Below, one piece after another: positions 42,111-54,409 of a stretch of 64,000 nt of DNA. Under the pieces are notes generated by a model that did not search any database, was not told where the DNA came from, and saw only the letters and a program-made list of their open reading frames with translations. Where the stretch lies: the NCBI GenBank assembly GCA_051294905.1, contig CM119372.1, positions 12,834,001 to 12,898,000 of the forward strand, given 5' to 3'. Positions within the stretch are counted from its first letter, which is position 1, and every line of letters begins with the position of its first letter. Both the position numbers and the translations under genes were made by a program. The DNA comes from Botryllus schlosseri. Lineage: Eukaryota.

Positions 42111-44490
42111 ACGTACTGAAGTGAATATGACATTGGGTGATGGTGCATTCTCATATCTCGATAATTATGCAAATAGAAATGTAGTTTTCGCGCCGGTGTA
42201 CCCCAGGGCGACCCTGTCAAGTCTTCGACATGTATCCTATCAATGATTGAAAATATTCTACAAAATCACACATAGAAACAATGTTATTACCTTTTACATG
42301 TACTTTTACACTGCATACAGATCATCTACATGACCCCGTGCCGCTACAAGACGTACGGTCGTATATGCGACCCGTTACGTTAACATCACAATTACCAACT
42401 CACGGTCACGGATATATTCGGCAGCACGCCTTCCTTGAGACTTTATGGAATCGCGGCGGGAGGCCGCAGTCTCCACATCGTGCGGAGGTGAACATAACCT
42501 TCCCCAAGGCCATATCTTCCAGTCGTCAACGGGAGGCTTCACTCCTGAGCGACAAGGATGAAAGCATGCATTTTAGTGTAAAACAATTACTATTGCCATC
42601 AGGGTTACGCAGTTTATTTCAAGGCGGTTTAAATAAGGTTCTTTTTCAATTTCTTTTTTCGATTCTTACTAGTTTAATAAAAGAGACATAAAAAATATGA
42701 ATTGTGTAGTGTCACCTTATGCCATATAGCGTAAACCGGACATGGATTTCTGCCACCGGTAGTACAGTAACGGACTCCATTTCGAGAATATTGGGCGCAT
42801 GCCGAGAACTGACGAGCTACATATTTCTGCATTTGCATTCTGTATTGTAATTTGTATTCTGCATTAGCGCGGCGGAAAAGCACAATGTGGTGTCTCTATC
42901 TGGGTTTTGGAGATTCCGACAAGCCTGATGCCATATGTTACAAGAAAGCCATTTGTAATTACGGCAGCGTTGAGATCATGTATACTTGGTAGAGAGAATG
43001 CAAAAACACGCAATGCCATGGTTGAAAGTTCTTGGATCTTTTTCACTGCTATCGCCAATTTGATGTGTAAAGACGGAGTGTGTTGTCATATATGTGGTTC
43101 GGTTTTTCGATAACGAATGCATGTTTGTTTTCCACATCACCATCCATTCCCTCCACCCCACCACCATGACCAAACTATTATTAGGTAGAAGCGAGCGGCG
43201 GCGGCGAGCGCAGTAAACAGATTGCTCGTTTAGAGAGACCAATCTCTGACCAAGAAACCTACGAAAAATTTCGTCCACCAGAACATCTCAAAATTTCACC
43301 GCTCCCGTCTCTATAATTCAGAAATGAAAAGTGCATAGCTCTATGAATATGATTACGATACATAACTTCCATATGCAACTTGGAAAACTACACACCAATA
43401 CATTAGGATTACGATGATCTCATAGCCATAAGTCTAGATTCGCATAATACGAGTACAAACAATTTTTCTGTACAATGCAATATCATAGCTCTGATTCAGA
43501 AAGAGAGACGTTACGTTTGAGGATGTTGCAGAGGAAGTACTTAGAATAAAAGATATTCATCTATTTGTCTCGCCGGCAAGTGTTTCCGGTATAGACCTGA
43601 AGACGAAGAAGGGGTTCTTGCGGCCTCCGAGTCAGTCGGCACACGGAGGAGAAAGATGCAATAGTCAGAATTCACATAGAATCGTAAGAAAGGAAGGCAG
43701 ACGCATCAACAAAACCAATAAAACAAATTTTTAACCTTCCCATTATATCCCTTTTAGCATAGAGTTTTCACATCTATTAGGATTATTATATATTTTGAAA
43801 TTCGGATGGATTCAAGTTACTGTACGACAAGTCGATTTATGATCACATATAGGTAATATTAAAAAATAATTGACATGGGTGTTCAACTGTTCAATGATGC
43901 ATGAATGCATAACAGAGCATTATAATCCACCACTGCCGCCGCATATACTCGCCGTCATAAAATACGTGACGTAGATTCCTTGTTGTAAATTGGACCGCAC
44001 CTAATATTAATTTCCCCTCTAATCTGCTGCCGCTCCCCCAACACACTTCTACTTCAGGTATATACGGGGTTCGACATCCACATAAACAATTGCTGATGCT
44101 GAAGTACCCTTTACGGCTTTATAAGCAGACATAAGGAGTAGAAGACGGATGAAACTTGAGGGTGAAGATACATTTATTGCCCGAAAACCCCCCAAACAAA
44201 GTGGCTCTCCATCAAGCGGAACTGAGATGACGCTATAACATACCTTCATGATACTAAACAAACATCAATCCAAACTCCATAATGTACATTTATGCCGGAA
44301 ATGAATAATCGTATGTATGTAGGGATCACGCAACTGATGTGCTTTCTTGCGCTACTGCTTCATGTTGAAAAAAATCTCAGAGCGCCTCAATGCCTCATAC
44401 AAGTTCGCTAACAGTTATCACCGCTATCGGGACCTGTCATTTAAAACCGCTTTGTGTAATGACAAAATACCATGAGCCATGTGCCTACAG

Positions 44491-45109
44491 TAGGGCTGTT
44501 CAAAAATAGCTTTTTTTTCTGAATCTTGAGGGTTACGTGATTAAACCGTTAGGTTGCCTTAAAAAACGACGCACACCAAATTTTAATTCATTCCAACCAA
44601 TAATCACTGATTTCGTACAGTTTGAAAATTTTGAATTTACCCAAAGATGCAAAAAAATTTTTTTGTCGGATTTTTCTGTTAACCCCATGAAATTGTTGCC
44701 CTGTCTTCAAAGACGATGCAAAACAAATTTGACTCAATTCCAACCAGTACAAGCGGAGTTATTTGAGTTTTACGATGATAATTCTTGGATTATCCACCTA
44801 TCTAGGATAATCCCCGAAATATCGAAGAAAAACTCGAATAGCTCCGCTTCTACTGGTTGGAATTGAGTCAAATTTGTTTTGCATCGTCTTTGAAGACAGC
44901 GCAACGATTTCATGGGGTTAACAAAAAAATCCGACAAAAAATTTTTTTTGCATCTTTGGGTAAATTCAAAATTTTCAAACTGTACGAAATCAGCGATTAT
45001 TGGTTGGAATGAATTAAAATTTGGTGTGCGTCGTTTTTTAAGGCAACTTAACGATTTAATCACGTAACCAGCAAGATTCAGGAAAAAAAGTTTTTTTTGA
45101 ACAGCCCTA
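44491..45109. mobile_element. Fold-back non-autonomous hAT element (619 bp, almost wholly palindromic)
   Basis: Ends tagggctgttcaaaaa / tttttgaacagcccta. Perfect 8-bp TSD gcctacag at 44483-44490 and 45110-45117. Arms pair to a central ggattatcc-N9-ggataatcc hairpin. Confidence 0.95.
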
Positions 45110-45717
45110 GCCTACAGTTTGATGTTTCTGTGGATTCAATTCTACATGCCCGATTCGAGTCACGAGGCATGAAAACCGTTCGAGACAGATTCAGTGATTC
45201 ATTTTGCCCATCGCTATATGGTCAAATATACAGACAAACGGCCGATATTCCGGCATGTTTGGTCGAATAATTGAAAGAATTGCCAAAATATGCCAGGTCA
45301 TCAAGGTTTAGATCAGTGGTTCTTAACCTTGCCTCCAGCGCCCCCCAGGGGGCGCTGGCGATTTTGAAGGGGGGCGGAAACGCTCAGGGGGCGATATGGG
45401 GGGCGCTGGGCTCAGGGGGGCGGTATGGGGGGCGCTGGAGAAAAATGGCTTCGCAGTAGATGATGTGGTAGTAGGACATATCCTTAATGAGTATATTCAG
45501 AGCGAATTAACACCGAAAACTTAGTTATTTATAGCCTGCAAAAGACATATAAGTTTAATTGTCCATAGGCGCCTATAAATGACTGGCACCGAATGTTCCT
45601 GTCTTGGCAATCTGAACCTCAGAAGACGAATTCCATCTGGCAGGGAAAAATAATATGCCAGTGAAGAAATACCAATTTGAAATCGTGTGCGTCTTTTAGT
45701 TTAGTACGATTGGACGA

Positions 45718-45761
45718 CAGGGATATATAGAACTAGATATCCCCGTTGGGCGATATCCCTG
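45718..45761. mobile_element. TIR-only hAT mini-element, copy 1 (28-bp palindrome plus a 16-bp local duplication)
   Basis: cagggatatatag-aa-ctagatatccccg, flanked by ttggacga / ttgggcga (7/8 TSD). Same core as 59274-59309. Confidence 0.6.
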
Positions 45762-45900
45762 TTGGGCGATTCTATATTTTTTGATATAGCAGACAGGAGG
45801 TCACGAAAAAACATCATGCTACGAAGTCATATCAACGGGTCCGCCCGCCCGGCTATGTTTAATTATTACTTACGGGCCCTACAGTTTCCAAGACACCTCA

Positions 45901-46085
45901 CAATGTTCCCTCTACGTTTTGACGAGTCTGCGCACACTCACAAACTCACTGCGCAGACCCTTGGACAACACTGCGTAACGACTAAAAAAAGGTCATAACT
46001 TCGGATTTGTTGTGCGCAACGTAGATTTTTTGTGCGCAGAGACCGTGTCAGCACTGCGCACGTGCGCAGCTTAGATGGAACATTG
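45901..46085. mobile_element. Short hAT MITE nested in the 45314-47189 element
   Basis: TIRs caatgttccctcta / tagatggaacattg, flanking direct repeat cacctca(c), subterminal tgcgca repeats. Confidence 0.75.
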
Positions 46086-46089
46086 CACC

Positions 46090-47090
46090 TCACTCAGCTC
46101 TACCGGTAAATCTGGTAACGTGAGCAGAGAGGACAAGAAATTGATAGCAATATATATGCAATTGCCGATCTTATTGACCGATTTTATCGTGAATTATCGA
46201 AAATTTTCGCGCTTCGCACTGTCTCGCTTAAACAGTACAGCTGATTTCGTGGCAAAAGCGAATAACGTGATGGGGGGGGGGCGGTCGGTTTATCACCCTA
46301 TGGAAGCCCAAGACCCAAGTTTTTTTGGCGGGCCTGACGAAGTATCGTTTCGTTCCTGCCAACGGGTATACGCCCTAAGATGTATAATTATTATTGAGGG
46401 GTCCTACCATTTCAATCACACGTCATCACTCAGCTCTACCGGTAAATATGTTTACGTGAGCAGAGAAAGGATAAAAATTGATATTAATATATATGCACTT
46501 CCCGATCATATTGACCAATTCAATCAATAATTATTGAAATTTTTCGCGCTTGGCGCGTCTAGGCGAGAATATCTGGCTCAGTAAATGCACACCCAATGTA
46601 GATGACCAGTATCAACAAATAGCGGATAGCCGAAGGGGGCTCTGGGGGCGGAGCCCCCGGAAGTTTGGTTCATCTCACTACGGGGGACTCAAGACCAATA
46701 TTTTTGGGGGGCTGACGAAGTGCTGTTACGGCCCTGGTAACGAATTAATTGTACCTACGGGCACGCCCGAATATGTTTATTATTAATTACGTGCCGTTTA
46801 TTTTCCAATACAACAGCTCAGCACTACTGGTAAATCTGATTACGTGGGCTGAGAGGATAAAAAGTTTATATATGTAATTATATACCACCTATTCATTTAT
46901 GCATTATAGAATATTTTGGCACCTAAAGCGACCAGGCCTAGGCCACACAAACTTTACTGACCATCGAAATCACGCTACGGGGTTCTTGGGGCGAAGCCCT
47001 CAGAAGTTTGGTTTATCACGCTATGGGTGCGCAAGGCAATCGTTTTTAGGGGAGTTGACGAAGTTCTGTTACGGCCCGCCCTCTTACTCA
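46090..47090. repeat. Three diverged tandem units (about 340-390 bp) inside the composite hAT element
   Basis: ctcagc(t/a)ctac(c/t)ggtaaat..acgtg at about 46090, 46427 and 46815, each followed later by tttt..tgacgaagt. Confidence 0.72.
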
Positions 47091-47901
47091 TTGTCTTTGG
47101 TACATTCCTTGCAATATGAGGTTGGGGGGCGCTGGAGCCCGATAATCTTTGAAAGGGGGCGCTGGAGGAAAAAAGGTTAAGAACCACTGGTTTAGATCCA
47201 CTGAAAATACTTTGTCTTTCATTAACAACAACAAAAAAGTTTTTCATTTAGAAAGATACGTGGATACCTGTCATCCATTCTGATATAGTCGTGTAGATAT
47301 CTGTCAGAAAATGTTCGGATAACCTTTCCTTCGACTCCGGATACGCTTCCCTGAACGTGAGATACACGCACTGCGCGAAACAGCGTGGAAAAACCTAGAG
47401 AAAAAAATGTCACCGGTGGTTAGCATCCCATACTAATACTGCATGGCAATGTGAGGATATTCCCGTTTGAAACTTACGCGAAAAAATTTGTCGCTGAAGT
47501 CGTTGTGAATGCTCATGAAAAATGTGACGTATGTGGCGGCGATCCTCGTGAAAAGTTTATCTTGTGCGGTAGTGTCATTCTACAACGAATAGACAGACAA
47601 TGCAGAGTGAAAGGGGTTACGATGTAGACTTGCAAATGAGAAAAAGCCCGAGTGAAAGTGATGGGCTCTCTGATCACCAGGCTACTAGATTGTTCGATGT
47701 AGCATTTTTGTCGAGATGACAATAAACGGAAATTGCCAGTGGCTTGGTGTGCTAAGCGTCACCTTTACGACACCAATGGTTGTTGGTTCAAATATCGGCT
47801 CGCAGTCATGGTTCTGTCTGTCGGACGTTAACCTGAGCTCTTGATCGCTGACCTCGTGCAATGTCGTACGAATTGAAGTAAAGCTTGGAAAATTGAAAGC
47901 A

Positions 47902-47925
47902 AGAGAGAGAGAGAGAGAGAGAGAG
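47902..47925. repeat. (AG)12 microsatellite
   Basis: Direct read. Confidence 0.95.
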
Positions 47926-50630
47926 AAGCATGGGAATTATGAACATTACGACATTCATTTCCGTGGTGCAAGTGACCCGAATAGGCGATAAGTGCCAAAA
48001 TTTGTGCAATAAACAACAACGTCCACAATCTCTTCATTTCTATGTGGCTTTTATGACTATTCTACGGTATGAGAAAGCGCACTGCAATAAGACAAGTAAC
48101 TCTAATTTAGTCAAAACATTTATATTTTTACTTCGAAATGCCAAATGAAGTTTATTCAACATTCAAAATCTATCTTCCAAGCATCCGTACCTGTGGGTAC
48201 TGAGCTGGTGGCGAACCCTTATGCTGCTCTGCAAGCCTTCGGCAAACCCAAAAGTTTTCGCTGAGTTACGAGAAAAAATCTACCACATTATACAACCAAT
48301 AAATTACTATATAAAACATGATTTCCAGACAAAAACAAATAATATCATGAATTTTCACTTCATATCAGTGTAATACCTGCTGTATGAGTCGGGCGTGCGG
48401 ATTGACCTTCATGGAGCCCTGGTTGAGAACCACGATTAGGACCCGCCTGGAATCGCGCAGAACCTACTGATAAACTATATATGTCGGGGAGGAGGTTGTT
48501 GTTGCACATGTAAATATTACGATAAAATAGTTATACTAGTGATCAGAACCTAAATCAATGATCATGTCGTTTCGGTGATTTGCGGTCATCCTCCCATTTT
48601 GGATATGATGAGATTCTTCTGACAACTTCCTACACTAGTCGAGGAAGCCAAGCGTTTCACCGAAGAGGAAAATCATACGCAATGCATTCACCGTCGTCGC
48701 GGTATATCAAAGATTTTCGACACGTCACCGACAAATTCACAATGTTACGCCCGCGCAGCGCCCATGTTGCCGCATTTCTCTATTGCGTAAACTGACTATA
48801 GGCGTTAATAATTTCAAATCCGTGCAACACCGTTGCATATGGTGAACGGCATCTGATTAATTTTTACAAACGACGTATTCGCATTCTTGAACCTTGACGT
48901 GTGCTCGGCACGCATACATAAAGCATATACGTAACATTTCAGGACATGAGTGTTATCGAACTGACGAAGGTTATGCATTGCTGACCGTGGGTGTGCGAGG
49001 GGAGGTGGAAAGTGCTGCGTCGAACGTTTGAATAGATATCATATAGTTAACCACATTATGACGAACACATCGAAAATATTGAGGTTCTGGTAGCTCTGGG
49101 GAGGAGGTTCTTAACGTTTACTAATCTGGCTAACTCTTACCCTAATATGTGAGCCTTCGGCGAACCCCAAATTATCGCCAAGGCACAAAAACAAAAACAA
49201 ACTCCATCATACATATTACACATCATTACAGGATACAAGCACAACTATACGAACTGCTGTACGTCAATAACGGTGTTAAAAGAATATAACCACTAAAACA
49301 AGGTTTTCACACAAAACTAATATATTATCATGAAAATTCATCGCAAATCAGTGTGGCTGCTGCTTTACGGATCGGCTGTGAATCTTGACCTTCAGCGAAC
49401 CCCCGAGACTAAATCAGCGAACACCTTGGATTCGTGTGAATCTCGGTTTAGGGCCACTGCTGTAGATATATCACTAAGTTTTAGGTTTGAAGCGGCACAT
49501 TGTGGAGTCGATTGCTTTCTATACATTTGCTCAAGCTCGTTAACGTTTCCGAATAATCTATGGTAGCTGATATTTGAGCTTACCAGGCTACTCCTTTTTG
49601 TTCGTGGGCTTGTACATCGAACGAGGAATTATGCGAATTGTTACAGGGAAATTTTGGGTAAAACGAAAAATCAGAAAAAAGTGACATCTCTCGAAGACTA
49701 GGGACACTTCAGACAAAATTTTAGTATTTTAGTGATGAGTTTAGAATAGAAAAACACAATATACGGAAATTTTTACTCAACAAAAAATTGTGCAAAATTT
49801 TGTTATTATGTTGTTATTTGTGATGACACAAAACATCTTTGTAATTCCCCGCGAATACTCGACTTGGAGCTTAATACTTGACTACGAATCGAAGAGACCA
49901 GCTACTCGGTTTACCTATATCCCTAGTTATAGATATAGATCATAGAAGATAGTGTCTCTGAATGTTCTATTACGTATAGTAATTGAATGGAATCAGAAAA
50001 ACATACCTCAAAATGTTCCAAATAAAACCACCAGAATGTGTCTTGAAGCAGCGCCGTCATAGCCTCCGATAAGAATATCTTTTTCCAAAATATGTTAAAA
50101 CCTTTCTAAAAGACAGGAAACGCAACAAATATAATTTCGATGAACGATACAATACGCAGCAATTATCGAAGAATGATTCTTATTTTCAATGGCGCCCCAC
50201 GCTTGTGTAAACGACTTATTAGCATGCATTAGCGCGAAAGCAAAACATTAAAGTTTGATCGCGAGAGCGATGCCGGTCTAAAACCGTCCACAAACAGAAT
50301 TATCTCGCATTTTAATCGAATACGAGTTGCTATATTCGTCTTTTTTGGATTACAACGGAAACATAAGATCCCAACGATAAATGACGTAGTAGTAGGCTAC
50401 ATCCCGCAATAAGTGACGACCGCGTGTCGACATGAACCCAGCCGCCTCAGAAAGAGATTACTTCAGTTATGTGGGTTCCATTAAAGAAATGAAGTGCGAA
50501 ATTGCGTCACGTAAAAATGTCACATGGCGGCATTACAGTGAGTGACCTATTTATATTCATCAAACACGAAACACGGCTGCCTTTCAAACGTCGAATTCAG
50601 TTAATGCATTCATAACCAGAGCTGGTCAAA

Positions 50631-50765
50631 GTAAGTCAGTATCAATTTATTAAGAAGTTCATCATTTCAAAACAACGCAAGACTGCGATACTACTAAAAG
50701 ATAGGAAGGTGTGGAAACGAAGTGGTGTAGTCTTTGAAATCAGACACCCACCTGGGCCTAGGCAG
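50631..50765 (-). repeat. SINE/LINE 3' tail family, copy 3
   Basis: Reverse complement reads gcctaggcccaggtgggtgtctgat..caccttcctatctttt..tatcgcagtcttgcg..aataaattgat, matching 39617-39752. Confidence 0.72.
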
Positions 50766-50836
50766 TGGTTCCGGGCCTTTTTGAATGTCGGAGCCACATT
50801 TCAAACTTCAGAGTAGTAAGCGAGCCGCATGAAAAC

Positions 50837-51388
50837 TAGAGGTCGACCGATTATCGAAATGACCGATTATCGAAGCCGATATTTAGAGCTTTCCCGATTA
50901 TCGATATCGGCCTATGAAGGCCGATATTTTATATTTTAAAAAATTCAAAACTATAGGAAATTCAATGCTCCGTCTTCTCAATCTCAAGAAATCGACGACG
51001 TAAAGAGTGATATATGACAGATTTACACTTGCAGGACGAATTTAACTGGGTGAGCATGCAGAGAAACTATGCTTCCTGTATAACAATCTACCTTTTCTGT
51101 ACTAATCTGCAATTCTGTATCACGTTTTGCTTTTCGGGTTATCCCAATTTTCAACGAATGTGCACAATTAAGCAATATTTCTTTTCAATATCAGCTTTCT
51201 CGTATGTTGTTCAGCTTTCTGTGGCATGAACAAGTGCCATCTTGCCTAATATATAATATTTTTTGGTGAAATTGTTCTCTGCTTCTGCCATAATAATATC
51301 GGCCTATGATATCGGTTATCGGCCTGTGAGTGTGTCGATATATCGGTATCGGTATCGTCCTGTAAAAATCAATATCGGTCGACCTCTA
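50837..51388. mobile_element. hAT (Ac-like) MITE, 552 bp
   Basis: Perfect 15-bp TIR tagaggtcgaccgat / atcggtcgacctcta. TSD atgaaaac / acgaaaac (7/8). Subterminal ccgata/tatcgg arrays. Confidence 0.9.
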
Positions 51389-52239
51389 ACGAAAACACTC
51401 GAGTAATAGGCTACTTATACCAAAAATTTAAAGGTTGCTACCCTACCTCTGGAACTCACCATCCCACCAGGCAATTATAAAGCATATACACATTACACAT
51501 AGACTTCTAGATTCTATGTCGGTTATTTCAGCATTGATAGACGCATATTGGCGAGTGCTATACATTAAAATTAAGTGACAATGGATATCATTACTACAAC
51601 ATACTATTATGTCGTTATGTCATAGCTCTTCATATATTCCAACACTTGATGAACAAGTTTGCGGGGGATTATACGCAGAGTAATATTGGACTAATTGCAA
51701 TTTATACTTGACTATGAACCGTTATTTTGATGTTAGGAAAATTGGCTCGAAATTTACTCTTCAAAGTGATGATATATAATGGTGTATGACCAGCAGAACT
51801 CAAGTATAGCTGAGGAGTAACGTAGTAAATTTCTAGTGGGATACGAGTAGAAGTATAAATATCCAAGTAAGTTTTCTAGGCCCAGTGTTGCCTATAGAAA
51901 AGAAAGTGGTTAGGATTTTAGACTAAGCTACTTCAACCCCCTCTTAATCGTTTTCGAATTTTTAGTGAAAACAAGCGTACAATACTTACGAATTTACTTA
52001 TTTGGAAATCACTGCTTCTACTTGTACGTGACTTTGAATTTACCACTTTACTTAAAAACTTCTACTCGCGCACCGACGACGACTACTTTGACCAGATCTG
52101 GTAGATTTGGGACAATATTCGGAACGTCTGCTGCAGCGTCGCTATCAGTTCTGTTTCATGACAGCACAGCACACGATCTGCACATAACATTCTCGGGGTA
52201 GATGTGACTTAATTCGGGCAGACATTTCCCTCTTGTGCA

Positions 52240-52528
52240 TTTAAAAAACAATGTTTTCATTTTCTGATCTCTAACTACCGCTAACTTGTATTTGCATTGT
52301 ATTTCGAATCCAAGATACTGTATGTTGTTTTGCATTTCGGTCTTTTTTTATTTTATTTTTTTAATTAGTCATCAACTGTGATACAATTGCTCGTGTCCTG
52401 GATGGCTCGGCTCTGTCATTTCGGGCCTCCCGTCTATACCTTGCATGTCGCATTTCACTCTGTTACATTTTGTTGTGTAATTCATGTTGATATGTAATGT
52501 GAACGAATGAAGATTCTCTCTCTCTCTC
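52240..52528 (+). repeat. Probable LINE/SINE 3' end terminating in (TC)7
   Basis: T-rich 3'-UTR-like stretch ending aatgaagattctctctctctctc. Family not identified. Confidence 0.35.
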
Positions 52529-53045
52529 ACCTCCTACAGCGACGATCCTCTCCTACATAACCCTAACCACGCATGAGGTCAGCAAGAACAACACAAAAAT
52601 ATATTGAATAACGCTCGCGTGTCGACACCGTCGCTTTAGCAGCCCTTACCCCGTGCCGTACCATAACGACTTCGACTCAGGTTGAATAGTCGCGTAATGG
52701 AGATTAACCGCTCTTGGGGAGCGCGTAAACAGAGAACAAAGGCGGTCACGAACTATAAAATCCAACGCTGCATGGATCAGCAACATAAACTAACTTATAA
52801 ACACAGTGTTAAAGCCGCTCTAATCAGATTGTCGCGAGAGGCTATGTAGATACGCTGCCTTGTGAGAAAATGAACACGCAATGGTGCAACAATGATTCGA
52901 GATCACGTATCGGAATCTCGACACTATAGTACGGGTTTTTAAGGATGCGGGTACAAATGTTGGTGGTACATTTAAGCATAGGGAAATTAACTCGCAGAGA
53001 GCAGTGTTGATTATGAGCTATTTGCCTCGCAATGTCGTTACTTAC

Positions 53046-54316
53046 ACTGAAATCCTGTGCTTGAGACACTTTGTTGAGAAGTTGCGGGGTCTCTAATTGA
53101 CTGGGCAGCTCCGTTAGTTCGCCATCGCGGAATCCGGGAAAAGAGGCGTACTTGAGTGAAAATTTGTTGCTATTAATAGTACGTAACATTTCGTAATGGT
53201 CGTGATCTCAACAAAATTATAACATCGTAAGATTTTTTGAGCACATCAGACTGTCGGCGTTGCTCCCTGGCAACGCTAGTGGTGACTCTGACCATCAGTT
53301 ACCTATGAAACGGAGCGTGGCATCATGATGCCTTGGAAGTTATATCTGGTTATTGGCTAGAAAATATTAGGAATTTAGGTTTGTAGTTCGGTAAAATTTT
53401 ATAGCTTTCCGTCAACTTCTAACAGATTATCATGATATCAATGACTAATATGGTGGATTTCGGCCCCAATAACTTTGAATTCACGATCATAATGGTCCTT
53501 CTCAAAACCACTTTTTGATAAAGAAGGGTGCGTTTAAAATTAAGAACCATGCAGGTCAATGACATAGATGGTCCATAATAACTTTGAATTTACTATCATT
53601 ATGGTCCTTTTCAAAACCACTTTTTGGTCAAGAATGGTGAGTTTGAGTTTAAGGACCTTGCAGGTCAAGGACAGACACGGTCCATAACAAAGTACGTCTA
53701 CTTTTTACCGAGTACCTAAAGCGAAGGATTTCGTCTACTTCCAACACTTACTCCAGTGAATATGTTTCTTTGACTACTTCGACTTCTATAATTTTGAATT
53801 TTAAAGGCAAGTGACTTACTTGTTACATTTCAGATTTTGTCAAGTAGAAAATAGCGTATGTATATTTCACACAGCTTTTATTGGTAAATCATAACTAACG
53901 GATGTTGCACTGAGCTGCATCGCGGTTAGCCCACTTGATATATTTTCGAATATCAAATCGCTTTTTTGGTGCCATTAGTCATTCTTTGTTGTCGCAAAGA
54001 TGTATCTTGTAATTTTGAACGCTGTCACCAGCGATTGACAAATATTGGTATATGACGCTTCCTCCTAATGTACTGCTTTAAACTACTTACTTGGGTAATT
54101 TTATGACCTTTCTACTTCTTTCTTTCTTGAAATCGATTTTTCTGAGAAATTTATGGAATTACTTCCACTCATAGTCCAGTATCACAAATGACTGCTTTGG
54201 ACATGAGCATTAACCATTGATCATTTTCCTGTTAATGGTGATATGGCCTATCTTACACCCTGGTTGAGGGAAGAGCAATAGATGTCAAAACATTGTGGTA
54301 GCAAGAATCTATTCTG
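53046..54316 (-). CDS. Possible additional exons of the unknown gene: 54316-54257 and 53169-53046
   Basis: If exon 6 splices at CA|GTACGT (exon end 54423, phase 2), these AG/GTAAG-bounded segments stay in frame (HRIDSCYHNVLTSIALPSTR V NKFSLKYASFPGFRDGELTELPSQLETPQLLNKVSQAQDFS). The second lies within the 115-aa ORF 52842-53189. Speculative. Confidence 0.35.
53468..53688. repeat. Tandem duplication, two units of about 109 bp
   Basis: aataactttgaatt..atggtcctt..caaaaccacttttt..tgcaggtcaa..ggtccataa at 53468 and 53577. Confidence 0.8.
53690..54180. repeat. Degenerate relative of the 58938-60095 hAT element
   Basis: Clusters of tacttc/tacttac/aagtag motifs like the subterminal arrays of 58938-60095. 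Similar patches at 34500-34590, 34970-35030 and 51815-51935. No TIR or TSD resolved. Confidence 0.45.
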
Positions 54317-54409
54317 CTAAGAAGTTGCCCCATTTTCTCATTGTGGCGTTATAAGTACAAGGCACTTCGAAGAGAGCCAAAAGGAGAATTGAATGTGATG
54401 CTGGTTACG

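Larger units (their letters stand above)
45314..47189. mobile_element. Non-autonomous hAT (Charlie-like) composite element, 1876 bp
   Basis: Perfect 17-bp TIR cagtggttcttaacctt / aaggttaagaaccactg. Perfect 8-bp TSD gtttagat at 45306-45313 and 47190-47197. Subterminal gggggcgctgg repeats at both ends; no transposase ORF. Confidence 0.93.

Noticed and set aside
44537-45063. Two similar ORFs on opposite strands (109 aa and 97 aa)
   Set aside because: They are mirror images produced by the palindromic fold-back element; no transposase motifs.
46075-47247. Cluster of ORFs up to 151 aa
   Set aside because: All lie in G-rich internal tandem units of the hAT composite; no transposase or other motifs.
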